From an uncultured Fusibacter sp. (GTDB lineage: Bacteria > Bacillota > Clostridia > Peptostreptococcales > Acidaminobacteraceae), in contig OZ223306.1 of assembly GCA_965140735.1 (NCBI GenBank), positions 1,997,621-2,061,620 of the forward strand: a stretch of DNA of 64,000 nt. Direction: 5' to 3'. The stretch's first letter is position 1. Each line of letters opens with the position of its first letter. Position numbers and translations under genes: made by a program. The notes beneath the pieces were generated by a model. That model was not told the DNA's origin. It did no database searches and saw only the letters and a list, made by a program, of their open reading frames with translations. Shown piece by piece: positions 47,954 through 60,244 of the stretch.

Positions 47954-48060
47954 TAATTTGCCTATCCTTTTCCTTTAAATATACTAATTAAAATACAATC
48001 TAATAACTAAAATACGATTTTCAATAGCCTAGTAGCCTCATTATGTTTTTACATCAGCAA

Positions 48061-50175
48061 CTACACCAGATCAAAGTCTACTTGTCTGAGTGTCGCATCT
48101 GCCTTGATCACTTCGACTTCAACCGTTTGTCCTAATTTATAGACATTTTTAGTTCTTTCACCAACCAATTGCATACGCTCTTCATCGTATACATAGTAAT
48201 CGTCATCCAGACTTTCCATTCTCACTAATCCTTCTATGGTGTTCTCAAGTTCAATAAACATCCCAAAAGAAGTGATTGTAGATATCAGCCCGGTAAATTG
48301 CTCCCCTACATGTCCCATCATGTACTCTGCTTTTTTCATATCGTCTACATCGCGTTCTGCTAGTTCTGCATTGCGTTCACGGTCAGAACTCTGTAAGGAC
48401 ACTTCATCAACAATTGCTCTTAAAGCCTTGATGCGATCCCCATTGAGTTTGCCTTGTAGCATATCTCTAATAATGCGATGAATCTGTAAGTCTGGGTAAC
48501 GTCTAATCGGTGATGTAAAGTGGCAATAGTACTTAGCTGCAAGTCCAAAGTGGCCCTCATTATTCGGTGAATATTTCGCCTGTTTTAACGATCGAAGCGT
48601 CAGTTTACTAATCACATGCTCTTCTTGGCTCCCTTTTACTTCTGCGAGCATTTGTTGGATTGCCTTTGGATGTAAGTCCTCAGCATTGCCCTTAACTTTT
48701 TTGCCAAAGTTATGCAAGAATTTATTGAGCGTTTCAATCTTTTCTTCATTTGGAATTTCATGAATACGATAGACAAATGGCAGTTCTAACCAAAACATAT
48801 GCTCAGCCACGGTTTCATTCGCTACAAGCATAAACTCTTCAATGATCTTATGACCAATTCTACGCTCTAACTTCCCTACAAAGATTGGCTTGCCTTCGCC
48901 ATCTAATTGAATTTTAGACTCAGCAAAGTCAAAATCTATCGCACCACGTCTATCACGTCGTTTTCTAAGAATTTGTGAAAGTTCTTTCATCATTTCAAAT
49001 TCACCAAAGAGAGTTCCATATTTCTCTTTAAGCTCGTGAGAAATTTTACCTTCCACAATATCAGATACATCATCGTAGTTCATACGCTCTACAGTTTTAA
49101 TGACAGATTCACAAATTTTATGGTTAACAACATCCCCATTAGGATCAATTTCCATAACACATGACATGGTCAAGCGATTCACTTGTGGATTTAAGCTACA
49201 AATCCCATTTGAAAGCCTCTCTGGTAACATCGGGATAACACGGTTGAGCAAATACACACTGGTTGCACGTCTAAGTGCTTCTTTGTCTATTTTTGAGTGT
49301 TCCTTAACATAATAAGAAACATCCGCAATATGCACCCCAAGCTCATAGTTGCCATTCGGAAGCTTGATCACGTGTACAGCATCATCTAAGTCCTTAGCAT
49401 CTTTACCGTCAATGGTGACGATTTTATAATCTCTGAAATCCTCTCTCTTCTTGATTTCATCTTCTTCTACGTCAATTGGAATATTCTCTGCTTCATGAAG
49501 CACTTTCGTATTAAAAACTTCTGGTAGTTTATACGTCCTGATGACGGATAAAATATCGACACCTGGTTCACCCGTCTGACCCAAAATCTCAGTGATTTTA
49601 CCTTCTGGATTTCTTCGATCTTCAGGCCATTTCGAAATTTCAACTACCACTTTATCGCCCTGTTTAGCCCCAAGCGCATTGTTGCGTGAAATGAAGATAT
49701 CACTTCTTATTCTCTGATCATCAGGCACTACAAATCCAAAATTCTTGCTTTCTTCATAAGTCCCTACGATTACTGTATTAGAGCGTTCAACAATCTTGAT
49801 GACTTCGCCTTCACTTTTCTTATCTGCACCGCCTACTTTAGTGAGTTTAATCATGACTTTGTCACCATTCATTGCGCCAAAGAGCGCACTTGAAGGGATG
49901 AAGACATCACGCATTTCAACGCTATCAATAATTGCAAATCCAAACCCTTTAGCAGTCATCTGAATTTTACCTACATATATTTGAAAAAATTCAGGCAAAG
50001 CAAACTTGCCTTTTTTTGTTTTAATAAGTTTAGCTTCCTCCACCATTTCATCAAGGTAAGTAAACATCAAAGGGATATCGTCTTTATCAACATTCATTTG
50101 TTCTACTAAATCCATTTCTATAAAAGCTCTTTCACTATTTGATTTGAAAAATTGCATTAAATATTCTTTGTTCAT
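48061..50175 (-). CDS. rnr: Ribonuclease R
   Basis: 704 aa with cold-shock/OB domains, an RNB catalytic domain and a C-terminal S1 domain. AAAGGAGG RBS upstream. Confidence 0.85.
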   Translation of the reverse strand: MNKEYLMQFFKSNSERAFIEMDLVEQMNVDKDDIPLMFTYLDEMVEEAKLIKTKKGKFALPEFFQIYVGKIQMTAKGFGFAIIDSVEMRDVFIPSSALFGAMNGDKVMIKLTKVGGADKKSEGEVIKIVERSNTVIVGTYEESKNFGFVVPDDQRIRSDIFISRNNALGAKQGDKVVVEISKWPEDRRNPEGKITEILGQTGEPGVDILSVIRTYKLPEVFNTKVLHEAENIPIDVEEDEIKKREDFRDYKIVTIDGKDAKDLDDAVHVIKLPNGNYELGVHIADVSYYVKEHSKIDKEALRRATSVYLLNRVIPMLPERLSNGICSLNPQVNRLTMSCVMEIDPNGDVVNHKICESVIKTVERMNYDDVSDIVEGKISHELKEKYGTLFGEFEMMKELSQILRKRRDRRGAIDFDFAESKIQLDGEGKPIFVGKLERRIGHKIIEEFMLVANETVAEHMFWLELPFVYRIHEIPNEEKIETLNKFLHNFGKKVKGNAEDLHPKAIQQMLAEVKGSQEEHVISKLTLRSLKQAKYSPNNEGHFGLAAKYYCHFTSPIRRYPDLQIHRIIRDMLQGKLNGDRIKALRAIVDEVSLQSSDRERNAELAERDVDDMKKAEYMMGHVGEQFTGLISTITSFGMFIELENTIEGLVRMESLDDDYYVYDEERMQLVGERTKNVYKLGQTVEVEVIKADATLRQVDFDLV

Positions 50176-50390
50176 TTGTTGCCTCCTTTAACGACGCATT
50201 TTGACAGCCTCGATTATAATCTTCCTTAAGAAAATTTATTCTATAGTAAGATTTATACCTTAATTATAACGTATTAACCCTATAATATATAGGTGACTTA
50301 TGTAAAAATTGTGGAAAGATAAAAAAACTGGTCTCTTAGCAAATGAAAGAAACCAGTTTAAATTAATACATTTGATAGCTCTAAAAAATA

Positions 50391-51296
50391 TTATTTATAG
50401 CTCACGATATGAACCCCTTCAGCTTTGATTACATTTTCCAAAATTTTCATCTGTTCATCATTTGGAGCTGAAAAGTTTTCAGAAGGCGTTTCCATACCAA
50501 GTGCTTCGTATTTTTCGTTGCCAAAAGCATGATACGGTAACAATTCTATCTTGGGATGATCTATCGTTTTCTTAACGAATTTTGCAGTTTGAGTTATGTT
50601 CTCAATATCTGCATTAACACCCATAATAAGAGGAATTCTAACTACAATTGGAATTTTTAAAGTGTTTAATTTTGCAATATTCTCAAGAATCTTTTGATTC
50701 TCGACGCCTGTATAAGCCAAATGTATTTGTGAATCCATATGTTTTATATCTATAAAGATCAAATCCATTTTTTTTAAAATCTCTGCCACTGTTTCAAATT
50801 GAAAATAGCCTGAAGTTTCAATGCTAAGAGAAATGCCTCTATCGTACAAGTCATCTGCAAGTGCTTTAAGTACAGCCACTTGACTCGTTGCTTCTCCACC
50901 TGAAAAAGTAACGCCACCGCCTGAATACCTATAAAATATGCTTTGTCTTTCAATCTTCTTTAAAACTTCTTCCACGGTATATGAAAATACCATTGGCTTT
51001 CGAGCACCTGTCTCACAATGTTTTACACATTCACCGCAAGCGTTACATTGGCGACGTGCTTCACTGACATTGAGATCGATCTCTATGCCTTCTGAACAAA
51101 CAGGTACACATGCCCCACACTTAATACAGAGTTCTTCATAATAAGCTATTTTCGGACTGTTGGTAAGACCTTCTGGGTTCGCACACCATTCACACCTTAA
51201 AGGACATCCGGCAAAGAACACCGTGGTTCTTATACCGTCTCCATCATTCACTGAAAAATTCTGTAAGTCTAAAAATGACCCTTTTAATGATTTCAT
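50391..51296 (-). CDS. Glycyl-radical enzyme activating protein (radical SAM, with two extra ferredoxin-like 4Fe-4S motifs)
   Basis: CPLRCEWCANPE radical-SAM cluster motif; CIKCGACVPVC and CNACGECVKHC auxiliary cluster motifs. Confidence 0.85.
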   Translation of the reverse strand: MKSLKGSFLDLQNFSVNDGDGIRTTVFFAGCPLRCEWCANPEGLTNSPKIAYYEELCIKCGACVPVCSEGIEIDLNVSEARRQCNACGECVKHCETGARKPMVFSYTVEEVLKKIERQSIFYRYSGGGVTFSGGEATSQVAVLKALADDLYDRGISLSIETSGYFQFETVAEILKKMDLIFIDIKHMDSQIHLAYTGVENQKILENIAKLNTLKIPIVVRIPLIMGVNADIENITQTAKFVKKTIDHPKIELLPYHAFGNEKYEALGMETPSENFSAPNDEQMKILENVIKAEGVHIVSYK

Positions 51297-51316
51297 ATCT
51301 ATAAGCTCCTAACGCT

Positions 51317-53689
51317 CTAATAGGCCTTGTGAGCTGTTCTTGCAATTATGGCATTCTGCATAGAAGTCGAGAGATTTACGAACTGCGTGCTGTAACCAGC
51401 CACTCTAACGAGCAGATCTTTATACTGTTCTGGATGCTCTTGAGCTTTAAGCAATGTTTCTGTGGAAATCGTGTTAAATTGAACATGGAAGCCACCAAGT
51501 GCAAAGAAAGTTTGGATCATAGCCCCTAAGTTGCTCTGACCTCTTTTAGTGCTGACTAATTCTTCGTTTAGTCTTAAGTTGAGAAGCGTTCCACCAGAGT
51601 GAACATCTTGGTTTATTTTAGCTGCTGATCTCATGGCACTAAGCGGTGTTTCTATATCCGATCCAGCCACAGGTGATACCCCTTCTGATAAAGGTTCCTT
51701 AGCTTTTCTACCACATGGTGTTGCACCAAGAACTTTCCCAGTTGGCAAATAGTTCGAGATTCCCATAAAAGCGGTTGTAAAAGCATTGCCATTGATGTCC
51801 TTGTACTGATGACAATTTTTATAGTAGTAGTTCGCTATATTCCTTGCAATATCATCTACATAGTCATTATCATTTCCGTATTTAGGCACATTTATAACTT
51901 GTTGTCTTAGCGCTTCAAAACCTTCCCAATTGGCTTCTAGGGCATTCATCAAAGTTTTCATGCTTACAGTTTGATCTTCAAAAACTAATTTTTTAATCAC
52001 AGCTAAAGAGTTGGCAGTTACAGCAAGACCTATCCCAGTCAAAACAGGACCTACGTTGTATTTAGCACCACAATCTACAAGATCTTTACCACTTGTTAGA
52101 CAATCTTCCATACAAGAAGATAAAAACGGTCTTGGTACCATTTCTTTTTGTAATTTTTGAGCCAATAAAGTTGCTATTACTGACTGCTCTATCAAATAAT
52201 CAAATTGCTTATAAAAAGCAGCTTCCACTTCTTCATACGCTTTAAATTGATGTGGATTCTTTTCACTTAGACCTATTTTCTCGCCTAGCAATCTACTTTT
52301 GCCCTCATTCAGTGCAAACTCAAGTGCTGCAGTGAAGTTGATATTAACTGCCGAGGTCCATTCACTTGTTTTTCTAAAGTGTGGAACGACACAACCACAG
52401 TTACTCCAATCTCTTGCATCTTCTGGCTCATAGCCTGCATTAAGTAACATTTGATACCCAGCAGCATCATTATGAATTGCAGGAAATCCAGTGCCTTTAC
52501 TTACAAGATGTGTCACTTCATCCAGAAAACTTTTTGGGCAATCTTGATGAATCCTAACACTCAAACCAGGTTGATGTGTTTTTACACGCTCAGTCGCTCT
52601 AAGACACATGTAAGAGAGCTCATTTGTAGCATCTTTACCATCTCGTGTCTTACCACCTACAGTTAAATTTTGGAATTGATTATACCCTGCAAAGAAATCT
52701 GCTGTATTGGCTGAAATTGTCCAAACCCATTCAGAAAGCTTAAGCCAATACGATTCTATAAGTTCTTGAATTTCATCATCTTTCATAATCCCATTATCAA
52801 TATCATTTCTATAATAAGGATACATATATTGATCAAATCGACCTGGATTTAACGCTAACGGATTTTCAGATAAAATACCACCGATTTGTGTAAACCATAC
52901 GAATTGAATTGCTTCATAGAAAGTCGAAGGAGGATTTTTAGGAATTTTAGAACAAATTTCCGAAATTTTAATAAGTTCTGCACATCTTGTCTTAGAACTT
53001 TCTCTTGCAGCCATTTCCTTCGCCTTTTCAGAATATCTTTCAGCCAATCTGATAATCCCTTGTGATGTCAAAATAATAGATTCATAAAATTCTCTTCTCT
53101 TAAGATCTTCGGCATCTGTACGTGATAATTTTGAAAGCGAAATCTTAGCATCTTCAATAATACCACCAAATCCTTTTTTGAAAAGAACATCAGTGTAATC
53201 AGGTGTAATTTCGCCTACAGCTTGTCGCCATTTAGAATCATTGTCTACAAAACCAGTATCTACAACTACTTTTGCTGTTTCACTTGGGATTTGAGATAAA
53301 AAAGCTTCTTCTAATGATTTACCTTTCCAGTATGGAAAAATATGCTTTCTAATATAATCCTTCTGACTATTCGTAATCACATATGGGTCTTGAACTCTAC
53401 TTTCAAAACTATCCATTTCACGATCTACCCAAGTCCATGAAAATTCAGGCGTCAATATACCACAGCGTCTATGTTCTCCTACTGCCCCTACAATAAGTTC
53501 CCCCTCAAAGATACTAATCGCCAATTCTTCACAAGTATCTCTAAAAGCTTTTGCTCTTCTAATAGGAACAGCTTCGCCTTCTGTTTTCATATGAGATTCT
53601 GTCCAAATTCTTGCACGATCATATGAAATTGCAGGCTTATTATTAATGTATTGTTGTCTCGCATTTTCAATTCTTTCTGTTACCATCAT
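51317..53689 (-). CDS. Glycyl radical enzyme of the PFL2/glycerol-dehydratase (1,2-eliminase) family
   Basis: 790 aa. C-terminal RVAGYSTQFVNL is the glycyl-radical motif. A Cys-containing active-site loop is present. AAGGAGG RBS upstream. Confidence 0.8.
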   Translation of the reverse strand: MMVTERIENARQQYINNKPAISYDRARIWTESHMKTEGEAVPIRRAKAFRDTCEELAISIFEGELIVGAVGEHRRCGILTPEFSWTWVDREMDSFESRVQDPYVITNSQKDYIRKHIFPYWKGKSLEEAFLSQIPSETAKVVVDTGFVDNDSKWRQAVGEITPDYTDVLFKKGFGGIIEDAKISLSKLSRTDAEDLKRREFYESIILTSQGIIRLAERYSEKAKEMAARESSKTRCAELIKISEICSKIPKNPPSTFYEAIQFVWFTQIGGILSENPLALNPGRFDQYMYPYYRNDIDNGIMKDDEIQELIESYWLKLSEWVWTISANTADFFAGYNQFQNLTVGGKTRDGKDATNELSYMCLRATERVKTHQPGLSVRIHQDCPKSFLDEVTHLVSKGTGFPAIHNDAAGYQMLLNAGYEPEDARDWSNCGCVVPHFRKTSEWTSAVNINFTAALEFALNEGKSRLLGEKIGLSEKNPHQFKAYEEVEAAFYKQFDYLIEQSVIATLLAQKLQKEMVPRPFLSSCMEDCLTSGKDLVDCGAKYNVGPVLTGIGLAVTANSLAVIKKLVFEDQTVSMKTLMNALEANWEGFEALRQQVINVPKYGNDNDYVDDIARNIANYYYKNCHQYKDINGNAFTTAFMGISNYLPTGKVLGATPCGRKAKEPLSEGVSPVAGSDIETPLSAMRSAAKINQDVHSGGTLLNLRLNEELVSTKRGQSNLGAMIQTFFALGGFHVQFNTISTETLLKAQEHPEQYKDLLVRVAGYSTQFVNLSTSMQNAIIARTAHKAY

Positions 53690-53884
53690 TTAGATCCTCC
53701 TTAAAATTTCTTGATAGAGTCATTGGAACATTACATGAGTGAGAATAGGTTCTATTATGGATGCCTATCGCCTTATGTACTATAGCTTTATGTCTTATGT
53801 TTATCTATTATGCTTAAGTGTACTTTGTGCGTTATAGCATCCTTTGATTTTAAATTAAAACCAGAATCAAAGTTATTCTGGCAT

Positions 53885-54433
53885 CTAATACTTTATAATA
53901 CTCTGAAGCACGACAGTTTCATCATAAGGATTACTATAAGTATGTGGTATATTTGCTTTAAATTTCAAAGCCGCGGGTGCTTTCAAAACAAACTCCTGCT
54001 CTTCTACCGTTAAAACCAAAGTGCCACTTGTGACAACAATGTATTCTTCGGTAGAATTAAAATGGGGTGGTGACGTGTGTTTCGCCTCTGGCAACAACTT
54101 AATATAAAAATATTCAAAGCCTGACATTGGATCAAAAGGAAAAACATCATATAGAATCATTTTTTCATCGGATTCATAAACTGGTTTTAATTGATCAATC
54201 TTAACAGTTTCATAATTTTCGTCATAAGTGCCTATTAGATCTGAAAACGCGATTCTTAGGCCTGCCGATATTTTCCATAAAGTTGAAATTGTTGGATTGG
54301 ATTCACCTCTTTCGATCTGTCCAATCATTGCTTTACTAACGCCAGTTAGTTTAGAAGTTTCTTCAAGTGTCAACCCTCTTTCAAATCTTGTTTTTTTAAG
54401 GACTATACCTATATTTGAACTTGGATCTGTCAT
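53885..54433 (-). CDS. XRE-family HTH regulator with C-terminal cupin domain
   Basis: LTLEETSKLTGVSKAMIGQIERGESNPTISTLWKISAGL is an HTH_3 domain, followed by a cupin-like beta region. Confidence 0.7.
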   Translation of the reverse strand: MTDPSSNIGIVLKKTRFERGLTLEETSKLTGVSKAMIGQIERGESNPTISTLWKISAGLRIAFSDLIGTYDENYETVKIDQLKPVYESDEKMILYDVFPFDPMSGFEYFYIKLLPEAKHTSPPHFNSTEEYIVVTSGTLVLTVEEQEFVLKAPAALKFKANIPHTYSNPYDETVVLQSIIKY

Positions 54434-54601
54434 TTTATAATGCCTCTTTCTTAACCGCTATAACATTTATATATTTAATATAACATTTGCGCAGAGATTT
54501 GTCTACCAATTTTAATGTCCTTTTATGTTCATTTTACAACATAAAACAGCTTTATAATATGTTATAATCATTATGAGTAAAAACTATTTAGGAGACTAAT
54601 T

Positions 54602-55750
54602 ATGATTTATTATATTCAAATAGGATTGTTTTCTCTACTTATACTTGCATTAGTATATTTTAACATGAAATTTGATATCAACGAAAACAAACTAGATCAT
54701 ACAATCTTTAAAGCACTTGTCCTTTCCACTGCTTTGGTTGTTGTTTTGGATGTCCTCATGTATCTACTTCCTCTGCAACAAACTGAATTATTCATATTCT
54801 TAAACAAATTAGTGACTTGCAGCTATTACATACTCAATCCAATTCCTTGTCTCTTTTGGTTTTTGTATGCTGATTTGCTTATATTCAATGACGAAACTCG
54901 CTTTAAAAAGATATTTATCATAGCTGTTATACCAACGATAATACTTGGATTAGTCTCTATTATGAGTCTATTTAATGGTTTCTTCTTCTATATAGACGCT
55001 CAAAATCAATACTATCGTGGTGCTTTTAACTGGACTCTAGTCCTTGCATGTTATCTTTATCTCGGTTACACATTCATAATGATTCTTAGAAATCGAAAAA
55101 ACATTAGTTCGAAAGACTTTTTGCCAATGCTCTTTTTTCTTTTACCTCCCACCTTTGGTGGTCTTATTCAAATATTTTTCTTTGGGACATCTGTTTTATG
55201 GATGAGTGTTACCTTTTCTATTCTTGTGATTTACACCAAAATCCAAAATGTCAATGTGTCCACAGATTACTTAACCGGCTTGTACAACCGCAGACAGTTA
55301 GATACGAATATAAGGCACTTTAACACTCTACAATCTTCTGGTCTAAAAATTGCTGGGATGATGATTGACCTAAACGATATGAAAACAATTAATGATTCCT
55401 ATGGTCATCCCATGGGAGATATTGCCTTAGAACAAACTGCATTGATCTTAAAAAACAGTTTTCAAAAGGATGATTTTATTGCTCGGTATGGTGGCGATGA
55501 GTTCGTCGTCATCTTTATGGTTGAAGATTATGAGAGTTTAGCCCATGCTGTCTTCTCTATCGAATCTAATATTGAAAGTTTTAATCAAACCAGTGAATTT
55601 CCATTTACTTTAAGTTTCAGTATCGGCTATGATCTATATGAGACAGAACCCCATGACACGATTGACGATTTTATCAAATATCTAGATCATAAAATGTACA
55701 TCTCAAAACAACAATATCATAAACAACATGATAAATTAAATCTCAAGTAA
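54602..55750 (+). CDS. Membrane-bound diguanylate cyclase (6-7 TM plus GGDEF domain)
   Basis: YLTGLYNRRQLD...IDLNDMKTINDSYGHPMGD...RYGGDEFVVIF is a GGDEF domain. Confidence 0.8.
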   Translation: MIYYIQIGLFSLLILALVYFNMKFDINENKLDHTIFKALVLSTALVVVLDVLMYLLPLQQTELFIFLNKLVTCSYYILNPIPCLFWFLYADLLIFNDETRFKKIFIIAVIPTIILGLVSIMSLFNGFFFYIDAQNQYYRGAFNWTLVLACYLYLGYTFIMILRNRKNISSKDFLPMLFFLLPPTFGGLIQIFFFGTSVLWMSVTFSILVIYTKIQNVNVSTDYLTGLYNRRQLDTNIRHFNTLQSSGLKIAGMMIDLNDMKTINDSYGHPMGDIALEQTALILKNSFQKDDFIARYGGDEFVVIFMVEDYESLAHAVFSIESNIESFNQTSEFPFTLSFSIGYDLYETEPHDTIDDFIKYLDHKMYISKQQYHKQHDKLNLK

Positions 55751-55794
55751 AATGTAAATCTATCTATTAAAAAAATCAGATCTTATTATAACTA

Positions 55795-55822
55795 AAAAAG
55801 AGCCCCTAGAGGGCTCTTTTAT
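55795..55822. terminator. Bidirectional rho-independent terminator
   Basis: AAAAAAGAGCCCCTAGAGGGCTCTTTT. Confidence 0.7.
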
Positions 55823-55889
55823 AAGTTATGATTGTTATTGAATTTTTGTTTAAACTAATCTTGTGATGTTCTATTCTGAATATTTCTAT

Positions 55890-57872
55890 CTATAATAATG
55901 AACCGATAGATGCAAATAATGGTGCAAATACAAGTGAAACGATTGTCATCAATTTGATTAAGATATTGATTGATGGACCAGAAGTATCCTTAAATGGATC
56001 ACCTACTGTATCGCCAACAACAGAAGCTTTATGGGCTTCTGAACCTTTACCGCCGTGATGGCCTTCTTCAACGTATTTCTTAGCATTATCCCATGCGCCA
56101 CCTGCATTTGCCATGAAGATCGCCATGAGTACACCCGTTACTAAAGCGCCTGCTAACATACCACCAAGTGCTTCTGGTCCTAAAAGAAGACCGACTACAA
56201 TTGGTGCAAGAACAGCCATAATACCAGGAACCATCATTTCTTTTAATGCTGCACCTGTACTGATGTCTACACAACGAGCATAGTCCGGTTTAGCAGTACC
56301 TTCCATAATCCCTGGAATAGCTTTAAATTGTCTACGAACTTCTTCAATCATTTGGAAAGCTGCCTTACCCACTGATTCCATAGTCATCGCTGAGAATAAG
56401 AATGGCAACATACCACCAATAAATAACCCTACCACAACTTTAGGATTTAAAATATTGATTGTTTCAAGATGAATCGCTTGAGAGTATGAAGCAAATAACG
56501 AAAGTGCTGTTAATGCTGCAGAACCGATTGCAAAACCTTTACCGATTGCTGCTGTTGTATTGCCAACTGCATCTAATTTATCTGTGATTTTTCTAACTTC
56601 TTTTGGTAATTCACTCATTTCTGCGATACCACCAGCATTATCTGCGATAGGACCATAAGCATCAACAGCCACGGTAATACCCGCTGTTGAAAGCATGCCT
56701 ACTGCTGCAAGTGCGATACCGTAAAGCCCCATAAATTTGAAAGCTAAAAGCGTCGCTGCTGAAATGAAGAGAATAGGCCACATTGTTGAGAACATACCGA
56801 CTGCAAGACCAGAGATAATAGTAGTCGCTGGACCTGTTAGTGATTGTTCTGCAATTTTTTGTACGTATTTGTGATCTCCTGAAGTGTATATTTCAGTAAC
56901 AACACCAATTAAAGTCCCACATACAAGCCCTGCTCCAATAGCATAAAATGCAGAAAGACTATCAAAGAAATAATTGCTTAAGAAATAAGCTGCTACTAAT
57001 ACTAAGAAACCACTTGCATACGTCGATTTTTTAAGAGCACTATGTGGATCAGATCCCTCATTACCCTTAACAAAAAATGTACCGATGATTGAAGCAAGGA
57101 TACCACACCCAGATAATAAAAGTGGGAAGAAAGCACCTTCTACACCGTATACCGCTAAACCAAGCGTGATAGATGCAATAATAGAACCTACATAAGACTC
57201 AAATAAATCGGCTCCCATACCTGCAACGTCACCTACGTTATCACCTACGTTGTCAGCGATAACTGCTGGATTTCTTGGATCATCCTCTGGAATACCTGCT
57301 TCAACTTTACCAACAAGGTCAGCACCTACATCTGCCGCTTTAGTGTATATACCACCACCAACACGTGCAAAGAGTGCAATTGAAGAAGCTCCGAGTCCAA
57401 AACCAGTAATGATTTGCGGATCTTTAAAGACATAATATAAAGCACTGATACCGAATAGACCAAGCCCCACAACGGACATGCCCATTACCGCACCACCTGA
57501 AAAAGCAACTGACAATGCTTTATTCATGCCACTTTCTTTAGCTGCAAAAGCTGTTCTTACATTAGCTTTTGTTGCAACTTGCATACCGAAAAATCCTGCT
57601 AAAGCAGAAAAAAATGCCCCACATAAAAAGGCAATTGCAGTTTGATAACTGTGCAATCCAACAGCAATAATTACTGCCAGAGCACCTGCAAAAATAACTA
57701 GAACTTTGTACTCTCTTCTTAAGAAAGCCATAGATCCTTCATGAATATAAGATGCAATCTCATTCATCCGATCATGTGTGACCGTTACTGTATCGATTTT
57801 TCTTATAACCAAGAAGAATGCGAACATGAGTGCTATGATACCGACACCCGCTGAATATAATGCGTAGTTCAT
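55890..57872 (-). CDS. hppA: Membrane-bound ion-translocating pyrophosphatase (H+/Na+-PPase)
   Basis: 660 aa, 15-16 TM, with the conserved [18 protein letters not shown] and DNVGDNVGD motifs. Confidence 0.85.
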   Translation of the reverse strand: MNYALYSAGVGIIALMFAFFLVIRKIDTVTVTHDRMNEIASYIHEGSMAFLRREYKVLVIFAGALAVIIAVGLHSYQTAIAFLCGAFFSALAGFFGMQVATKANVRTAFAAKESGMNKALSVAFSGGAVMGMSVVGLGLFGISALYYVFKDPQIITGFGLGASSIALFARVGGGIYTKAADVGADLVGKVEAGIPEDDPRNPAVIADNVGDNVGDVAGMGADLFESYVGSIIASITLGLAVYGVEGAFFPLLLSGCGILASIIGTFFVKGNEGSDPHSALKKSTYASGFLVLVAAYFLSNYFFDSLSAFYAIGAGLVCGTLIGVVTEIYTSGDHKYVQKIAEQSLTGPATTIISGLAVGMFSTMWPILFISAATLLAFKFMGLYGIALAAVGMLSTAGITVAVDAYGPIADNAGGIAEMSELPKEVRKITDKLDAVGNTTAAIGKGFAIGSAALTALSLFASYSQAIHLETINILNPKVVVGLFIGGMLPFLFSAMTMESVGKAAFQMIEEVRRQFKAIPGIMEGTAKPDYARCVDISTGAALKEMMVPGIMAVLAPIVVGLLLGPEALGGMLAGALVTGVLMAIFMANAGGAWDNAKKYVEEGHHGGKGSEAHKASVVGDTVGDPFKDTSGPSINILIKLMTIVSLVFAPLFASIGSLL

Positions 57873-58208
57873 CTAAAATTCCTCCCCACAATAAAGATTT
57901 AATGAAAACAAACACACTAGTTTAAACTTTTGCTTCTCATAACAATAGTTAAGTAACAAGCTCCTTTTTCACTGACCATCATAACGTTGATCGCTAAGAA
58001 GAGATTTGTTACTCCAATAAACTATTTTTTAACGAAACAGATATCTGCTTCGTTCTTTATAATAAAAAACCTTGGCATTTATAACCTCAGTTATTATTAT
58101 TTTCATTGAAAATGACAAATCAATTATTCAAAATGACAGATCATTTTTTTGTGAATTTTTTATTTATTAATATGACACGCTCTCAATCGCCTCACCTAGA
58201 ATGAGAGA

Positions 58209-58248
58209 TAAAAAAATATACAAAAATAGGTATAAACCTATTTTTGTA
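58209..58248 (-). terminator. Rho-independent terminator of secG (overlaps its stop codon)
   Basis: Minus-sense ACAAAAATAGGT-TTAT-ACCTATTTTTGT followed by ATATTTTTTT. Confidence 0.65.
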
Positions 58249-58483
58249 TATATGCTAATAGTAATGCTGCTAACATAAACACTACTGCTGATACTTTTGT
58301 CACTTTATCAAATTTATCATCATAGTCTCTAGCCTTATTTTTTCCCCATATTTGTTCAGCGCCACCACCAATTGAGCCTGATAATCCCGCTGATTTACCG
58401 GATTGCAACAATATACTCGCAATTAGGACTATAGATGCCAGTACTAAAAAAACAGTTACGATTGTCGAAAACATTTTTAACAC
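58238..58483 (-). CDS. secG: Preprotein translocase subunit SecG
   Basis: 81 aa with two TM helices and LLQSGKSAGLSGSIGGG, a SecG signature. Located downstream of eno, as in Bacilli. Confidence 0.8.
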   Translation of the reverse strand: MLKMFSTIVTVFLVLASIVLIASILLQSGKSAGLSGSIGGGAEQIWGKNKARDYDDKFDKVTKVSAVVFMLAALLLAYIQK

Positions 58484-58757
58484 CTCCGTTTGTACTTGCT
58501 TAACATAGGTATTTTAACACAGTATGTCCTAAAATACAATTAATAGTTTCTATATTTATCAAAAATGCACAAAGGCTTGATGTTGCTATTCATCAAGCCT
58601 CTGAACAATTTACCCTAGTTTCGTAACCAAAATTTGCTATTTTCATTTATTTCTACTTGAGATGCTAACTCAAGACAACTCAAAATTAAAATAGGCAAGC
58701 ATTTTCTTTTGTGTTCAAGTATAAATTATAATTGAGTGTCAATAGACCCTCTGATTG

Positions 58758-60116
<1,359 letters not shown>

Positions 60117-60129
60117 TCAATTAGTCTGT

Positions 60130-60215
60130 GGATAAACTCATAAAGTATTCACAGACTAATCTGTTTTTGTTTCTATACTTTTATATTCTATACTTCTATA
60201 TTCTATATTTCTATA
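60130..60215. repeat. Hairpin plus degenerate ~13-bp tandem repeats in the gpmI-eno intergenic region
   Basis: CAGTCTGTGGATAAACTCATAAAGTATTCACAGACT inverted repeat, then ctatacttttatattctatacttctatattctatatttctata. Confidence 0.4.
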
Positions 60216-60244
60216 AACTTTTGCTTTTATATCTTCAAAATATT

